A DNA stretch of 50,270 nt, filler included, from Bipalium vagum (taxonomy: Eukaryota): NCBI GenBank assembly GCA_037834085.1. It is 3 parts of 3 records of this genome, joined end to end, with 100 filler letters (N's around TTAATTAATTAA, not from the genome) between each part and the next. Parts side by side here need not be neighbours in the genome. Positions count along the whole stretch, not along the records: positions 1 to 15,754 come from JBBMKC010147650.1; 2 more parts are not named here. One strand, given 5' to 3'. Positions 1 to 14,000 of the stretch are shown one piece after another. The translations under genes and the position numbers were made by a program. Position 1 is the stretch's first letter, and every line of letters begins with the position of its first letter. Below the pieces are notes generated by a model. The model did no database searches. It worked only from the letters and a program-made list of their open reading frames with translations, and was not told where the DNA came from.

Positions 1-73
1 ATTATTTATTATTTATTATTTATTATTTATTATTTATTATTTATTATTTATTATTTATTATTTATTATTTATT
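1..73. repeat. (ATTATTT)n simple repeat
   Basis: About 10 tandem ATTATTT units at the window start. Confidence 0.9.
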
Positions 74-899
74 ACTTTCATCTTATAAAGATTGATTGTT
101 TCAGAAAATATTAATACATTATATTGAAATTACTGATGAAAAAATAAAAACCTGTATTTCAATAATTAAATATTTTCTTCTTTTATTTCTTGAAAAATGT
201 AAATGAAAATTAATGATATCAATTTAAACGTAAAATTTCAGGAAAATTTTATTCACTCTAAAAAATTAAACCTAACTCATCTAAATATTAAAAAAAATAA
301 AATCGAAAAGAAATAATAAATTATATATATATGTGATCTCAAATTCTGAAAATTATTTTTGACAAATTATGATTAAAAATGTGTTCATTAAAATCAAAAT
401 TTTATGAAGAGCAATTTGATTTGCAAAAAATATTTATTTTATAATAAATTCCATTTCTTCTTTTCGAATAAAAAAAGATGATAGATATTATGTCTTCAAA
501 GTGTTTAAAATCATCAAATCCCTAACCAAGTCTCCTCGGGCAAAGAAAATATAATGAGAAATTTTATTAAAAATAATATTTTTTTTTAATTTAAGCCTAA
601 ATTTAGTTTAAATTTTAAAGTTTTAATTTATGCAAAAATAAAAAAAATATTAAACAAATAAATTAATTGAATTTAATTTAGTTTTAAAAAATAAAAATAT
701 ACCATAAATGATTATAATAATATTATGATATTTATAATAAAAACTAAATCAATAATTATTATTAATTATGAAAAGTAATTGGTGAAAATGTAATAATTGT
801 GAAGATAATAATAAAACTATCAAATAATTCTGAAAGTTATCAAAATATTTTCCAAGTAATGAAGAATCTTGAACCGTTCTCAATAATGAATGACATGTT

Positions 900-2023
900 T
901 AATTAACAGTAAAATATGCTTTCAGAGAACTTCCAAAGGAATCCGAACTCAGTATCAAAATCTTCAATCTGTAATTCCAAAGTCACATTATTCATTGAAA
1001 TCTTATCATTTTTCGTAATCCTTCGTCACAGATTTTAATGACGATGACCATCCGAAATCTCGATTTAGCAGTTTTAGAAAATTTGTGTTGTGAAGAATCC
1101 TATTTTATTAAATATTAATTAAATATTTTGTTATTTTTTTATTGATATAGTAAATTTTCACATTATGATTATGAAATAGATTCTGTTTGACAAGACCATT
1201 CCTAAATAAATCCATTTAATAATCCAATACCCATTTCAACAAGCAGCCCTTGGGATTATCGACAGGAAAACAAACAAAACAATGGGAAATGTATATTGTT
1301 CACTTAACGTTGCCTGTCGAATATGTCTAAACATTATCAACTGTACAGACTCACTGTCCTCTGCATAGATGGAACTATAAATTTTGTACAATCGTATAAA
1401 AGGAAAATTAAAATCAAAGTTTCACGAATTTGATGGACTCATGAAATAAAAATAAGATTGAAATTAATTATTTATTTTTTCGAAACATTTTTTAAAATAT
1501 TTAAAACACAACAGACGCAGATAAAATATTGGTAAATGGATCTTTTATGTGAATTAAAAATTAAATAATTTACTTTAAAAATATAATGATTATTTACTAT
1601 TGATAATCAATAATTATTAACAAAAATTTAATAATACCTCACTTGAAAATGGAAAATAAATATTGTTAGGATGAGTTCAAAACGTAGTTGTGAATCAGTC
1701 AATGCCCGCCCTAGTTGTATTTTTAAATATAGGTCAAACTAGGTTATAATCAGTTAGTATTACAGTAATATCATTACTCAACATTTCTTATGTATAAATT
1801 ACATTTATGTATTTTTCGTGATCTTTGATTTATTAGCTGTAAGCAAAGGTAATGCATATTTTTTATTAGAAATAATTTTGATCACAAAGAAGTAGTAACA
1901 TAAGGATTTATTTGTCTCAGATAAATATAGATGATTTGATTGCTCCAAATGCAAAAACCTAATGCAGTTATTCTGCTAAAGGCAGATACACTACAACACT
2001 TAAAAGGCATCTTTTCTTTAAAG
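900..2023 (-). pseudogene. Probable decayed multi-exon protein kinase pseudogene (TKL-like)
   Basis: Minus-strand segments follow AG acceptors (exon starts 2023, 1374, 1099) and there is a GT donor at 1637. They carry kinase-like motifs in the correct order but with stops and frameshifts: G-loop-like SVSAFSRI..WSNQII, QLR..HPN (1665-1673), VQLIM..TLSE, LLKWVLD..NG, IL..TAK..DFGWS (1045-1059), FGFLWK. Confidence 0.4.
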
Positions 2024-2928
2024 CTATAAGGAGAGAAATATACACTTAAAATAAATTATTAATTAATTTTAACTTGGAAAAAAAATCAAAATATTTAATA
2101 ATTTAAAGTTTTGTGACTGTTCCAAATAAATATCAACACTTTAAAATCTTTTAACTGTAGTAAAAGAAGATTAAATAAGTTATCATTAATGTTTTTTGAT
2201 GATTAAACAAATATTGAGAAATTTAATCACAAACAAAAGACAACATTTATTTTTATTTTCAATAGAAAATAGTAAGTTTCGGAAAAGTCCTCCTTTTTTC
2301 ACGACCAATATATTTTCCCAGTTTAAGACCGCTAACGTATTTCATATCCGACTCACGACAGTAGAAAAAATAAATAATGATCATTAAGATTTGTGCCATG
2401 CAACTTGGATCTGATCATTAGACATGGAAAACCTATGTTGTCGACCTTTTCGGTTAGGTAACGACTGAAATAATGATGAATTCTAAGCAGTCTTTTGTTT
2501 AAAGGTTCTAAGAAAAATGCAATCAGTTTGAGGTTAAATTTTCCTGAAATAATTATAATAAATTTTTTTTAATATATTAAAGTTTTTTCTTCGTTTTGTA
2601 TAAAGTTTATGTCGATAAACCAAATATTTGTGAAAGGCTTTAAAAAATGTCAAAAGATAACTGAGATATCCCGTATTATATCCACGGGTTAATTTTATTG
2701 CTTTTATATAAAATAAGAAATTTAACAATAAAAGTATTTTCGTTGACGGTCACAAATCTTAGTGATTTAAAATCTCTAAGTCATTGAAGAGTTTTTGAAT
2801 GTTTGAAACCTATTGGTAGAAGAGCCCTCTCGATTAAAATGAGTTTTATAACAGTGCTAATCATACCATAAGACTTTTAAATTTTAAAATCATATTTATG
2901 CTATTAAATAGCGTCTTTATTAATACTA

Positions 2929-3190
2929 TACCGGGGTTTTCCGAAAATAGGCCCAGGGCTTATTTTCGGAAAATATTCTATAAAACATGTGCCAAATTTT
3001 CCAAAAATAAGCCCTTCCGAAAATAAGCCCTTCCAAAAATAACCCCTTCTGAAAATAATCCCTTCCGAATTGTTGAAGAATCTAGCATATCAATAAACAC
3101 TGGTGTTTCATCCATATTGAATATTGTATCAGGCTCTAGCGTCAATGTTGTTGCCTGTGACGCTAACAAAAATTCTGATGCTGCATTCAT
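2929..3190 (-). mobile_element. pogo/Tc2-like DNA transposon end with transposase fragment
   Basis: TA followed by a CCGGGGTTTTCCGAAAATA terminus, a near-palindrome at 2941-2969, four ~16-bp subterminal repeats CCGAAAATAAGCCCTT (3001-3068), and minus-strand peptide IFNMDETPV (first catalytic Asp motif of pogo-type DDE transposases). Confidence 0.75.
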
Positions 3191-3753
3191 TTTTTGTATA
3201 CACTCTTTACATTCAATCCATATTTATTTTACTTTAAAATTTTCAGCTCTAGATCTTCCAACCTCTCAACATCATTAAGGATTTATAATTTTTCTTGGTT
3301 CTAAAATGAGATTAGGTAACATTTATAAATCATTGGTTACATATCTTAAAATGTCAAAAAACAATTTTACAAGTGATTGAAACGATACGTCAAAGTGAGA
3401 TTTATTTAATTTTAATAAAATCCAATTATGAACTGATTCATTTAAACAAAACTCAAATTTATGAAAATATACCAGTCGAAGATTGATTAAGTCGATTGAT
3501 ACTGTCGATATCAGCCCTTATTGGTAATGTACTCTTTTATTAAAGATGTTTTGAAGATTATTTTATAAAACTTTTGCATAAATTAGATTCTGATACCGTA
3601 GTATTATGTGGCATGAGTCTAGAAAATTTCATTTTAACATCAATTTTAATACACCCACATCTTTAGGAAATCAGAAATTATTCTAAGTATCTCATTAAAA
3701 TGGAAATTTTCGAAAATTTTTAATTTATTTTGAATTTACTAAAACTATTTTTT

Positions 3754-3914
3754 NNNNNNNNNNNNNNNNNNNNNNNNNNNNNNNNNNNNNNNNNNNNNNN
3801 NNNNNNNNNNNNNNNNNNNNNNNNNNNNNNNNNNNNNNNNNNNNNNNNNNNNNNNNNNNNNNNNNNNNNNNNNNNNNNNNNNNNNNNNNNNNNNNNNNNN
3901 NNNNNNNNNNNNNN
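3754..3914. other. Assembly gap (161 N)
   Basis: Run of N. Confidence 0.99.
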
Positions 3915-4701
3915 ATTTCAAACATCTTTCAATAATTTTTTAATACCATTATCATCATTAAATCCCATTAATAATTATTTAATTAAGTGATAAATATTTT
4001 TAATAACTTCATTGAAATTTTAATCCGCAAATTTGTTATCAAATTGCTAATCAAGTTTCTTTTCAAAATTTTATTATTAATTATTTATTTGACATTTTAC
4101 GGAAATATATAGGGCACAAAAATCGAATCAAAATAAAATAATTCAGTTAAAAAAATCCAACTTCCAAAATTGTAAAATTCTTATTTTGAATTTTTATATT
4201 TATTAAATTTTTAAAAGTTATTCTGAAATGACACTCTTATTTGTAGGACGTGTACCCTGAAAATTAACCTTTCTTAAATTTTGTGCCAGTATACATTATT
4301 CAAAGTAATACTCATCGTTTGCAACTGATTTCTGCCATGTTTGAAAATGCTGATGAATTCCGCAGCGAGAAAGTCGGCTGCTCGGTTAATGACTAAAATA
4401 CTTAATGTTTTCAAAGGATTGGAAGTGCTGGTATGTGAATGAAGCCATCGAAGGACGGCAGTTAGAATCAGTGCAGTTTGGTAAATAATGAGCATTTCCA
4501 TTGAAGTTTCCTTATAGTTTTCTGGTGTCTTTTGTGATGATTTCCCGACCTACCTTCTTTAGCAACAAAATAATGACATTTGTTTGCTTAAATCATATTC
4601 TGATCGTTTTATCAGGCAGTAATTAAGTCAGGTGTATAATCTATGCCTGACTTAAGTAGCTTTTTGGATAGATTTTAACAATTCATAATGATTTTTAACC
4701 C

Positions 4702-4703
<2 letters not shown>

Positions 4704-4743
<40 letters not shown>
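4704..4743. repeat. (AAT)n microsatellite
   Basis: About 13 tandem AAT units. Confidence 0.9.
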
Positions 4744-4745
<2 letters not shown>

Positions 4746-6337
4746 TATTTTAGTAAAAGATTGGATAAGGAAGTCTAAAAGAGATCATGAATGGATGAAA
4801 TGATAAAAAGCAGATTAGGGAAAACAATTCGATGTGACGTTAACTCAGCCAATCTGTGTCTTTGTGATCTGAACATGATAAAGCTCGTGCAAGGAAAAAC
4901 AATCTGTTTCATTACATCGGTTACAATTGTATGAACATTATTTATATTATCATCCTTGTGGGAAAAGTCTGATGTTAAGCTTTAATAAAAATGCAACTAC
5001 ATTTACGTGGATCATACAAAGTAAGCTGTTAGTAAAGGGTTATTTAATGCCTGTTATGATACGGGATACATACGACTACGTCATTGAATGGAAAATCGCG
5101 AATTAAGTATCGTCTAGCACGAGAAAATGCTGAGGGGACACGTATGGTAAAAGTGATATCATTCCCTAATTTGTTCTTGGAAACCCGTGGAGGAAACGGT
5201 ACGAGTAAGGAGAGTGTTTTTGTGGATAAAAGCATTCCACTATTCTGTTTCACTGAAATCTTAGCTAATTGAACTAACAAATGGAGTTATTACATTAATA
5301 ATAACATTAACGTATCAATAAACTAATGGTTCTGTTTCCTTTAAGGGGAATCAGCTTATTTGGGTAAAGTATCAAGAAATAATTAGGATTTGAAAATTGC
5401 TGAGTTAATAAATTTCTCTGATGCTCACAACATTTCCAAGGTCTTCTGGACTTTTAACCATTTACCAATAATTGTTCTTTACTTTAGGAACAATGGTTTT
5501 TTGTTGGTTCCTTTCAAAGAACCATGGAGGGTCTTTGTAGATTTTTAGTAACTGTCACAATAATAAAATGAAGACCCGTTATAGATTGATGTCTCGCATT
5601 TGTTTTCTTGCTTCGCGATATTCTTCTCTTTAATATTCTTCTCAATAATAGACAGATAAATCAAAGATGCAATTCTTGTCACGCATTTTAAATTTCACTC
5701 CCAGAAAAAATTTTTTATAATAAAAAGAATATCAATAAATTAAAGTAATCATATCGATTTTTCTAATGAGTATAGAAATAGTAATTTAAAACATATTTAT
5801 TACTTTAGATTTAAATCACATGAAATAAAGAGGAATTTTCCAAAAAACAAAATTAAAAAAAGAGCTTGGACCTGTTTATCGGCTTTTGCAAGTAACAAAA
5901 TTTGCCTGGACATATGATATTTCATTGTTACTATATTTAGGCTAAATTGATCAGAAACTATTCAAATAAACTGGGACTTGAATGGCAATTAAAGGAAATG
6001 GCAAAACTTCGATGATAGCTATTTGCAAAGTATGCTGGACCAAATCTTACCTTAAATATAAAAGCAATTGGCTAAAAAATTAAAGCGCTCATAAATCATT
6101 GGTTATACTACGTCGTCAAAAAAAATTCCGGACAGTATGAACAATGAATAATAAAGCAGAAGTAATTTATTTGAAATTATACATTGCTATCACTGTAAGG
6201 CTGTTAATATTACATGTTATTATTAGGATCTATTAATAACACAACACATATCTATTACTGGCACAACATCTGGTATGCTATATTATTCAGTGAAATTATA
6301 AATCACCACTATACTTTTATTTTTTGTAGTCGTTTCT

Positions 6338-7339
6338 ATGGAAATGTCAGATGAAGAAATTAAAATTTGAGTCTTGCTACCCCATTAGTGAAAGAAAGGG
6401 TTATCTATCAGGGAAGCTGTTACAGAAATTTAAAATGTTGCAAGTCTACTGCTGCAGAAGGGTTCCAACGTTTTAACCAAGATGATGTCAGCCTCCATTT
6501 GTAGTAAACAGGGAAGAGCTATATGGTGTGAGAAGAAAAACTTCAATCAAACACAAATGATGTGGCAACAGTCTTGGATACATGTAAGCATACAATCTTC
6601 TCGAAAATCCTCGGCTTGATCCATATGGTTTGACTGATGCACAAGCTAGGCGTTATGATGAGATATGCCAGGAAATACTGAACAAACCATTAGATTTTGG
6701 AAGCGCATTACAACTTGAGATGAAAATTTGTTTATTTTTGGTAAATAGCAATCAAAAGAAGTGTTGTTGCAAGAAACTGTACCAGTTGTTCGGCAAGACC
6801 GCTTTGGATAAAAAGTGTTTGATGAAACATTGAAGGATATCGTATTTTGAGCTTCTTCTAGATGGTCAAACCATTAATGCTGGGTGTTACTGCCTGCAAC
6901 TAGATCGTGTTTGCAACATTGTGAAAGAAAAATATCCTGCCTTAATCAACCGGAAACATGCTCTTTTCAAGAAGACAATTCTCTACCACATCGTGCTAAA
7001 TTAACCCAATAAAAAACTAAATAATTATATTGATTTGAAGTATTACTACATCAACCCTATAGTTCCCATATATATAGAACCTTCAAATTATGGCTTGTTC
7101 CGCTCAAAGCAAAATTTCTTGGCTGGTCGGCGGATTCAAAGTTGAAGAAGCTTGTAATAATTTCTTTACTTCCAAAGATCGTGACTGATACCTCAAACAA
7201 GTCAAAACGATGACCCGGTGTTATTGAGAAAGATGGACTCTACTTTATGAATAAATATGTGTAATTAAAATGTATTTTATTAAAAAATGTTTTTTGACTT
7301 TTTAAACTTTTCTGCCCCGAATCCTTTAGGACAACTTAG
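6338..7339 (+). mobile_element. Decayed mariner transposon (transposase pseudogene)
   Basis: Frameshifted mariner motifs in order: MEMSDEEI, LDPYGLT (WVPHxL-like), WKRITT*DE, YFELL.DGQTINAGCYCLQLDR, EDNSLPH, LHQPYSS, EPSNYGLFRS, VIEKDGLYF. TIR-like end ..GGACAACTTAG followed by TA at ~7340. Confidence 0.85.
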
Positions 7340-9689
7340 TATGATCTGGAAAAAGGATTCTCCGTGGTTTGAGAATTAAGAAAGATTAATGTGCTTCTAA
7401 TAATCACATTTCATTTCTTTATTTCTTTTGAAACATTAACAAAGACCAAATCGTTTCTCTCATTATTTTGTTTAAATTAACATGAACAACAAATATTTTT
7501 TAGAAATGTCATTTAAATTCCAAAAAAATATTATAATTTTTTCCACTCTTTTCTATGCCTGTGCACATTTCCCATTCTTCCTCAATAACAGAACACGTTG
7601 CTTTTCTCTTTTCATCTACATTTCTCCATTAACTGTTCATTAACTTGTTCTTTAATTGAAAATCTAATGGAAATTTGAAATTTAAACAAAATTATATTTG
7701 GTAAATATTGGATTTATATATTTTTTAATTCCGTTTTTATCAATTATTTCTTAAGGAATGGATTTCTTGAAAATTTTCTAAATAATTGATAATTTTTTTA
7801 TGATATTTTTCTTGCTCACAAGCTTCTATTTAGCTCATATTTCCTATTATACTTGTATGAGGTAACAGATAAAAGAAAAGAGAATGTTTGTAATTAACAT
7901 GATATTAAAGAAATAAAAATGAAAATATAAATAAATTGTGGAAATAAATAATAAAAATTTATACTCATTTAATGATACATTTATTAAGATCTAAACTACG
8001 TTTACTGTATTAAAATTATTGTTACTGTTTCTTGTTTAATTTTTCAAATCAATTGCAAAAATACAACCCGTAAAACAAATATTTGTTATTTGGAATTTTT
8101 AGAATTCTTATTTAGTTTAAAACATTTGTTAATGAACTCAAAACCGTGTAATAATAATTTTTAAATAAATTATTTAATTTATAATATTTATATTTATATA
8201 GAATTTATATTTTGATGGAACTTCCTAAGCAAGTAAAATTAAACAAAGTTAATTAACTCTATTTTCTTATCAAAATATATTGCTTTTATATATCACAAAA
8301 TTTAATCAACATATTAAGTTTCTGACGAAGATGAGAGTCTCCACATTCATGTTTGTAAATTTCAAAAATCTTAAAAAGGGGAGTTAAACCATTTTCAAAA
8401 AAGAAGGATATATATAGAAAATCTATAAAAATTGAATTGAAATGGATTTACACTTTTTCATTATATTCGATTTTTATTATAGATTTTCTGTAAATTTTAA
8501 TTGTGCGTACGAATGATGATTCCTTGTATTAAAACTGATTGTCATTTTGATCAAAATTCGTAAATTATATTATTGAAATTGTATATTGGGACTATACAGG
8601 ACAAAGAAATTTTATGGTGATTTTGTTGTCTTAATTATTTGTTTTAATTGATGATTTTATTCGAGCATATTATATTTATATTAATAGTTTCGATATAATA
8701 ATAATTTTGTACCATAACTTACTCCTACAGAGAAAAGGATCTAAACAAAATATTTATATATTTATTTAATAATTAAAAGTGAACATGTTGAATAATTTAT
8801 ATTGTATATTAAAATTAATTACCGTAGAAAAATTAATTTTCTGGTTAAAAAAAGATTAAAAAAAACAATTACAATCTTGTACGGTCTTAAAGGATATTTA
8901 AAAATAAACTACGGAAATATATTAATAATCTGAAATGAATTAATAAAAAAAATGAAATAATTAATTAATTAACTTTTTTCAGTGAACAATAGCACATAAA
9001 AGTGAAATAAAAATTGTTTTTGTATAAATATAATTATCATTTTGTTCCTTTCATACTGCATAATTTATATCAGCCTCAGTAAACCTACTCAGACTCATTA
9101 AGACGTTTATTTATCGCAGGGAATTAGAGAAAGACATCAATTTCCAAAATGGCTTATGCTATTATTGTTAGGAGAAGTATTGAAATATAATAAATTATTC
9201 CAATGTTAATTGTCATGTTTAATTGAATTTATTAAATAATATATGGGGTATTTTTTATTGGCAAGTTCTTTTGAAAACAAATGGATAAATATGCATTGGT
9301 ATGTAGAGGAAATATTATTTGGTAATTATTAAAAATATTTTGTTTTAATTTTGAAGAAATATGAAAAATATTTATTGATTTTTAAAATTAGAATTAACCG
9401 GAAATTATTTTAATCCGTTTTATAAATTAAGAAAAAGATTGGCTGAATTACTGTCGAACTTTTACTCTGGACCACCAAATTTCAAAAGTGGTTTAAAACC
9501 AGAAGTTTGTTTATTATTATAAGTTGACACATAAAACAACCATAACACCGTGTTATGCGTACTTATATTGATGTATTAGTACAAATCAAAAGTAGAACAA
9601 TAAGTCCAATAAATAATAGTATATTTTAACGCTTTTGAATCAAATAATCCGTAATTTTTGTTTTCAGTCCACGTTCTTTTCGTAAATCC

Positions 9690-9928
9690 ATTATGAACCT
9701 ACTTTTAAAACCATAAGGGCTTTATTTCTGCGATTTGTTTTTTGACTGCCCATTATCACAGGCTTCGAAGATTCTTCTTCGCATTTCGTTGTTTATCATT
9801 TTTCTGTTTTAAACTTGTGTTTGCATTTGTATAAACAAATATATTTTTATATCAAAAATAAAAATTGAAATAAAATGTTCAATTTTTATAATTGAATGTT
9901 AAATATTTGAAATGTGAGGTTACACCCT
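9690..9928 (-). mobile_element. 5' end of a Tc1/mariner-superfamily element
   Basis: Minus strand begins TA-CAGGGTG (9930-9922), a typical ITm terminus, followed by N-terminal HTH-like peptide MINNEMRRRIFEACDNGQS(K)KQIAE. Confidence 0.5.
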
Positions 9929-9930
9929 GT

Positions 9931-10380
9931 AAATTCGGCTAATTGTAAAATTTTTTAAAAGCGTCAGTAATTTTGAGTATCTTATCATTGCTCTTGCTAT
10001 CTGAGTAGGACTCCACCTATATATCCTCTTGAAGCTGTTCATATTCATTTTCACTATTTGATCAGTAACGTCTTTCAAGTCAATATCAGTTTCGATTTCC
10101 TTTTCTGATGAAAAAACTTTTTCAAAACAATTTATGATTATTGTTGTTTTAATTGAATCCAAGAAAATATATGGAATATGATAGACTGACATTATTAGGG
10201 CTTTTCTTGTCAAATCCAATTTCTTTTAATGACAATTTGCAATCAGGTTATTATTATTATAATAATTTTTGAAAGATTTTATCACACCAATATTCAGGGT
10301 TTGCAGAATTGAAGTGGTATTTTTCGGCATTAATAACATTTTAATACTGGAGAAGCTGTCGCAAATATGTGATCAAACTT
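9931..10380 (-). mobile_element. pogo/Tigger transposase remnant (C-terminal DDE_1 part)
   Basis: Minus-strand PKNTTSILQTLNIGVIKSFKNYY (cf. PPNTTSxLQPxDxGxIxxFK), followed by ORF 9920-10219 containing IIINCFEK (cf. TIxNCFxK). Confidence 0.75.
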
Positions 10381-10559
10381 TGCTGGTAATATTTTTTTTA
10401 CATGCTATATTTTAAGTCAGCCTTGGTTTGAAAAAAGGCTATAAAAAGTATTATTTAAAAAATTGTTAAAAACTAGGAAAAACAATATATTTTTATGTAA
10501 TTAAGATTTTTCCATTGTTATCAAGGACCTGTTGCCATCTCCCAGGAAATATAAAAGTC

Positions 10560-10860
10560 CTAGTTCATAGAACTCCTTCGATTTCATGTTATACGCTAAA
10601 CGCCTTATAATGTCACGCGATTTTTTGTGACCATTCTCATTGATTACGTTTTTGAAGTTGTGGACGACTAGATCAGAGCTTATCTTTGAGGGAAAACACA
10701 GCCCTTCAGAATTCATCATGCCAATTTCGACATTGACGTTCTTTTAATGCATTCTCAGTATACGCTTCACACGTTTTTTGCAAACTTGTCCTTTTTGCAT
10801 CTTCTCCTTTCCGATAACTGAAAAGTAAAATATGTCCCAAATGCGTTTTGTGATCTTTCA
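10560..10860 (-). mobile_element. mariner transposase N-terminal remnant
   Basis: Minus strand reads HLGHILLFSYRKGEDA..CEAYTENALKERQCRNW..F*RAVFSLKD..SSRP, the mariner paired-like HTH plus GRP motif, with stops. Confidence 0.8.
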
Positions 10861-10994
10861 CAATAAAACTGATAAATAAAATAGAACCAAAGCAATGTTG
10901 AAAATAAGTTGCTGATAGAAAATTGAATCGATCGATTCTCTTTTAATATTTTCTAATTAATGATTATTTTATTGAAAATACAATTAAATTGAAG

Positions 10995-10998
<4 letters not shown>

Positions 10999-11042
<44 letters not shown>

Positions 11043-11070
11043 TTTATTTATTTTTTTTATTATTATTTTT
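10999..11070. repeat. (ATT)n microsatellite and T-rich tail
   Basis: About 13 tandem ATT units followed by degenerate T-rich sequence. Confidence 0.85.
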
Positions 11071-14000
11071 TTTTCATTTTTTAATTAAGTCGTGAAATTC
11101 TATCCACCTCATGAGAATGATTCTTATAATTTCATTTTAATTTTATAAAATAAAATTAAATATTTTCAATTTGTTGTGGAAATTGAAATGATTTAGAGAA
11201 AATTATTTATCAAAGTCAGAACGGAAAATCTTGATGAAGGGTAATAAGGAAATCCGAAATAAAGTCAAAATAAAACAAAAGAATAACAACTGGCTCTTAA
11301 ATTGATAGATTTTAAAATGATACAAACCCTTAGTTCCTTTCTAACAAAAAAATGATAACTTGATTATCATCAAATTTTTAAAAATAATGTTATATAAAAA
11401 TTAAGCCATTATTATTTATTAAAACTTGAACCTTTCCTAAAAATAAAATTATTAAATACCATTAATTTATTGATTAATTTTAATAATTTAATGATTAATA
11501 ATTATTATAAATTGATAAAAGTAACGGTGCTAAAAATAAAATTATTATATTATATTAAAGTTTTCACTGAAAAATTTTAATTTTTTAAGAATTTTATATA
11601 AAAAAATACGAAATATTATCCTTGATTTTATTGGATTTTAATGGATAGAATATCAAATGATTTGAGAAAAAATAATTTCTCATTATTAGCTTTAACATTT
11701 TTCAAATTTTTTTATGTTTTAATATTAAATCATCTTGATCATCGTTATTTTTTAATACACTGCTCAATTTATTTGTCTCTTTTTAAACAATTTAATCAAA
11801 TTTTGAAATGGATAAAAAACGAAGATAAAAATCAATTATTTATTATATGGAAAACATATCTACCGAAATTTTGGCATGGATTGTTGAGTGCTTGAATTTT
11901 CTTTGATTCCTCTTGTGGAGTTTTAATTTAGTGTTAAAACCATTATCAGTCAACGGATCCTTCCAAGTGAGATTCATTAAAGATCCCTTGTTATATATGA
12001 TGATTAGTGCGCACTCTATAATTCCTTTTCTTCAAAGTTAAGGACAAATATCTCTTCCCTCTTAAGAAAAAGAATTTAGAAATATAGTTTAGTACATGCT
12101 TCTTGACAATTTATTATTGCTTGGTACAAGAATAAAATGCAACATAGAATTCAACTCATGGGGATAATGACAAAATATCGTTTTGCTCACAATAATGTTA
12201 TGTTAACAATGGAAACATGTTGACAATAACTAACAATACTGAATATTGATAAGATTGACTATAAAAGTCATATAGATCACGTCCTACATTTTTGTTACTT
12301 ATACTCACGTTCTATTCTTTTTTCTTTAATGAAGAATAATCATTATCACTTCTTAATGTAAATAACCATTTTTTTAAAAATTAAAATCTTTTTTATTTAA
12401 CATTTTTCAAATGTAAAATATTACTTCATTTTTGAGTTTCAAAAAAACTGCTTTTATAAAACTTCTAAAATAGTCCATAAATATAAAAATTTTAAAACCC
12501 AAGCAGTTAGATATAATCTCCATGCTACTTGATAACCACGCAAAATTTTCAGAGCTGCTTTTTAAAACACCATATACTTAACTGTCGCATTTACTGTCTG
12601 TTGTAAATTATTATTTTAATCTTCAGAAACAATCAATTTTCAAAAAATGTTGAATATTTTTAAAAAATTATAATTTCCTGATCTAGAATAATTAATATAT
12701 TAGAAAATTTATTGAAAATTAATGAAATTTTTTTTTATTTAGTAAAAGGAAATGCACAAAATATGTACAAGTATTACGTAAATAATAATATATATAAACA
12801 ACATTAAAAGCAATCAATATCTGTGTCTTGATTACTAATATAATTATAATCAATACAGTTAACCTTGAAATAAATTATTAAAACAACTTATAAATGCAAC
12901 AATTAAATTCAATTTTACCAATTACTTTATTAACATTTTCCTTGGAGCGTCTTAATCTTTGTTAAAAGGTTCCATTTATAAAACTATCCAATAATTCTTT
13001 CTCTCATCTAATGTCTTCTAGTAAATGATCTAAGTCTCACAATTGTTTTTTTTAACAAAAAACAAAAAAAATCCCTAATGTAAATCAATATTAATTTAAC
13101 TCTTACAGAAATCATTAATATTTCATTTTCCATTCTTCTGAAATTATGAAGAGATTAAGAATAAATAAATAAAGAATCTCCGGGGAAATTAAATTTAATC
13201 CGAACTTTTTGGAAATGATTAAGACAAGTGACAAGTAAATAGATCAAATGATCCATCAAATTTGGCGAATTTTATATTTTTTATAATAATTGAGTAACTG
13301 TCTCTGAAAAGAAATAATTATAAAATAATTATATATATTTCAAATATATTTTTTATACACTTCACATACGTTTTTCAGTTAAAAGAACAAAAGATGTGAT
13401 AGAAAAATTGTGAAATATAAAACTTGCTTTACAAAATTTAACTTTCCATTAAATTTTTAATTTTATCCCATGAGATAGGGAAATGAAGTTTTGAATCCAA
13501 AGACTTTCTATTTTATTAATGATAAATTATATCCAAAAATCATACATTACATATAAAAATGCCAATGGGCATGAAAGACATTAATGAAATTGCATTTGCT
13601 ACTTAATTTTATCACTTTCAATTAGGAGTGAGGACTGTGATAGATGAATGAAAGTTAACCAGGGATAAATGAGGATGAATTAGAATGAACAATGTGAAAT
13701 ATATGTATGATCCGAGTGATCTTATTTTCTTCCAGTACAAGACCCAGTTGGAATGCCTTAGTAATAATTTCTCCGGTGTTAGAAAATGTTTAGTTTTTTA
13801 ATGTAGAAAAATATTTATTCTTTAATGTGTAAAAATAATAAAATTTAAAAGTAAACAATTTTGAATTTCTGGCATCATTTAATATAATATTGAAATATAT
13901 AATGAAAATATATATGTTGACAAAGAGGGTATAAACAATTAATTAACAATCTATTAAGCTAAGTTAAAATTTAATTGTAGGATTCATTTGTATTATTTAA

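Noticed and set aside
3001-3068. Short direct repeats as a CRISPR-like array
   Set aside because: No spacers, eukaryotic context, and explained as transposon subterminal repeats.
4247-4560. GC-richer block with faint kinase-like words (DVYPEN, LEVL, AVW) on + and a 75-aa ORF on -
   Set aside because: Too many edits are needed to build a consistent domain; not supportable by eye.
5044-5640. Overlapping ORFs 5044-5280 and 5084-5272, with CIPY suggesting a Penelope element
   Set aside because: A single short motif, with no RT or GIY-YIG evidence.
10501-10719. 72-aa minus ORF as a host exon
   Set aside because: An alternate frame of the same DNA is a mariner N-terminal domain.
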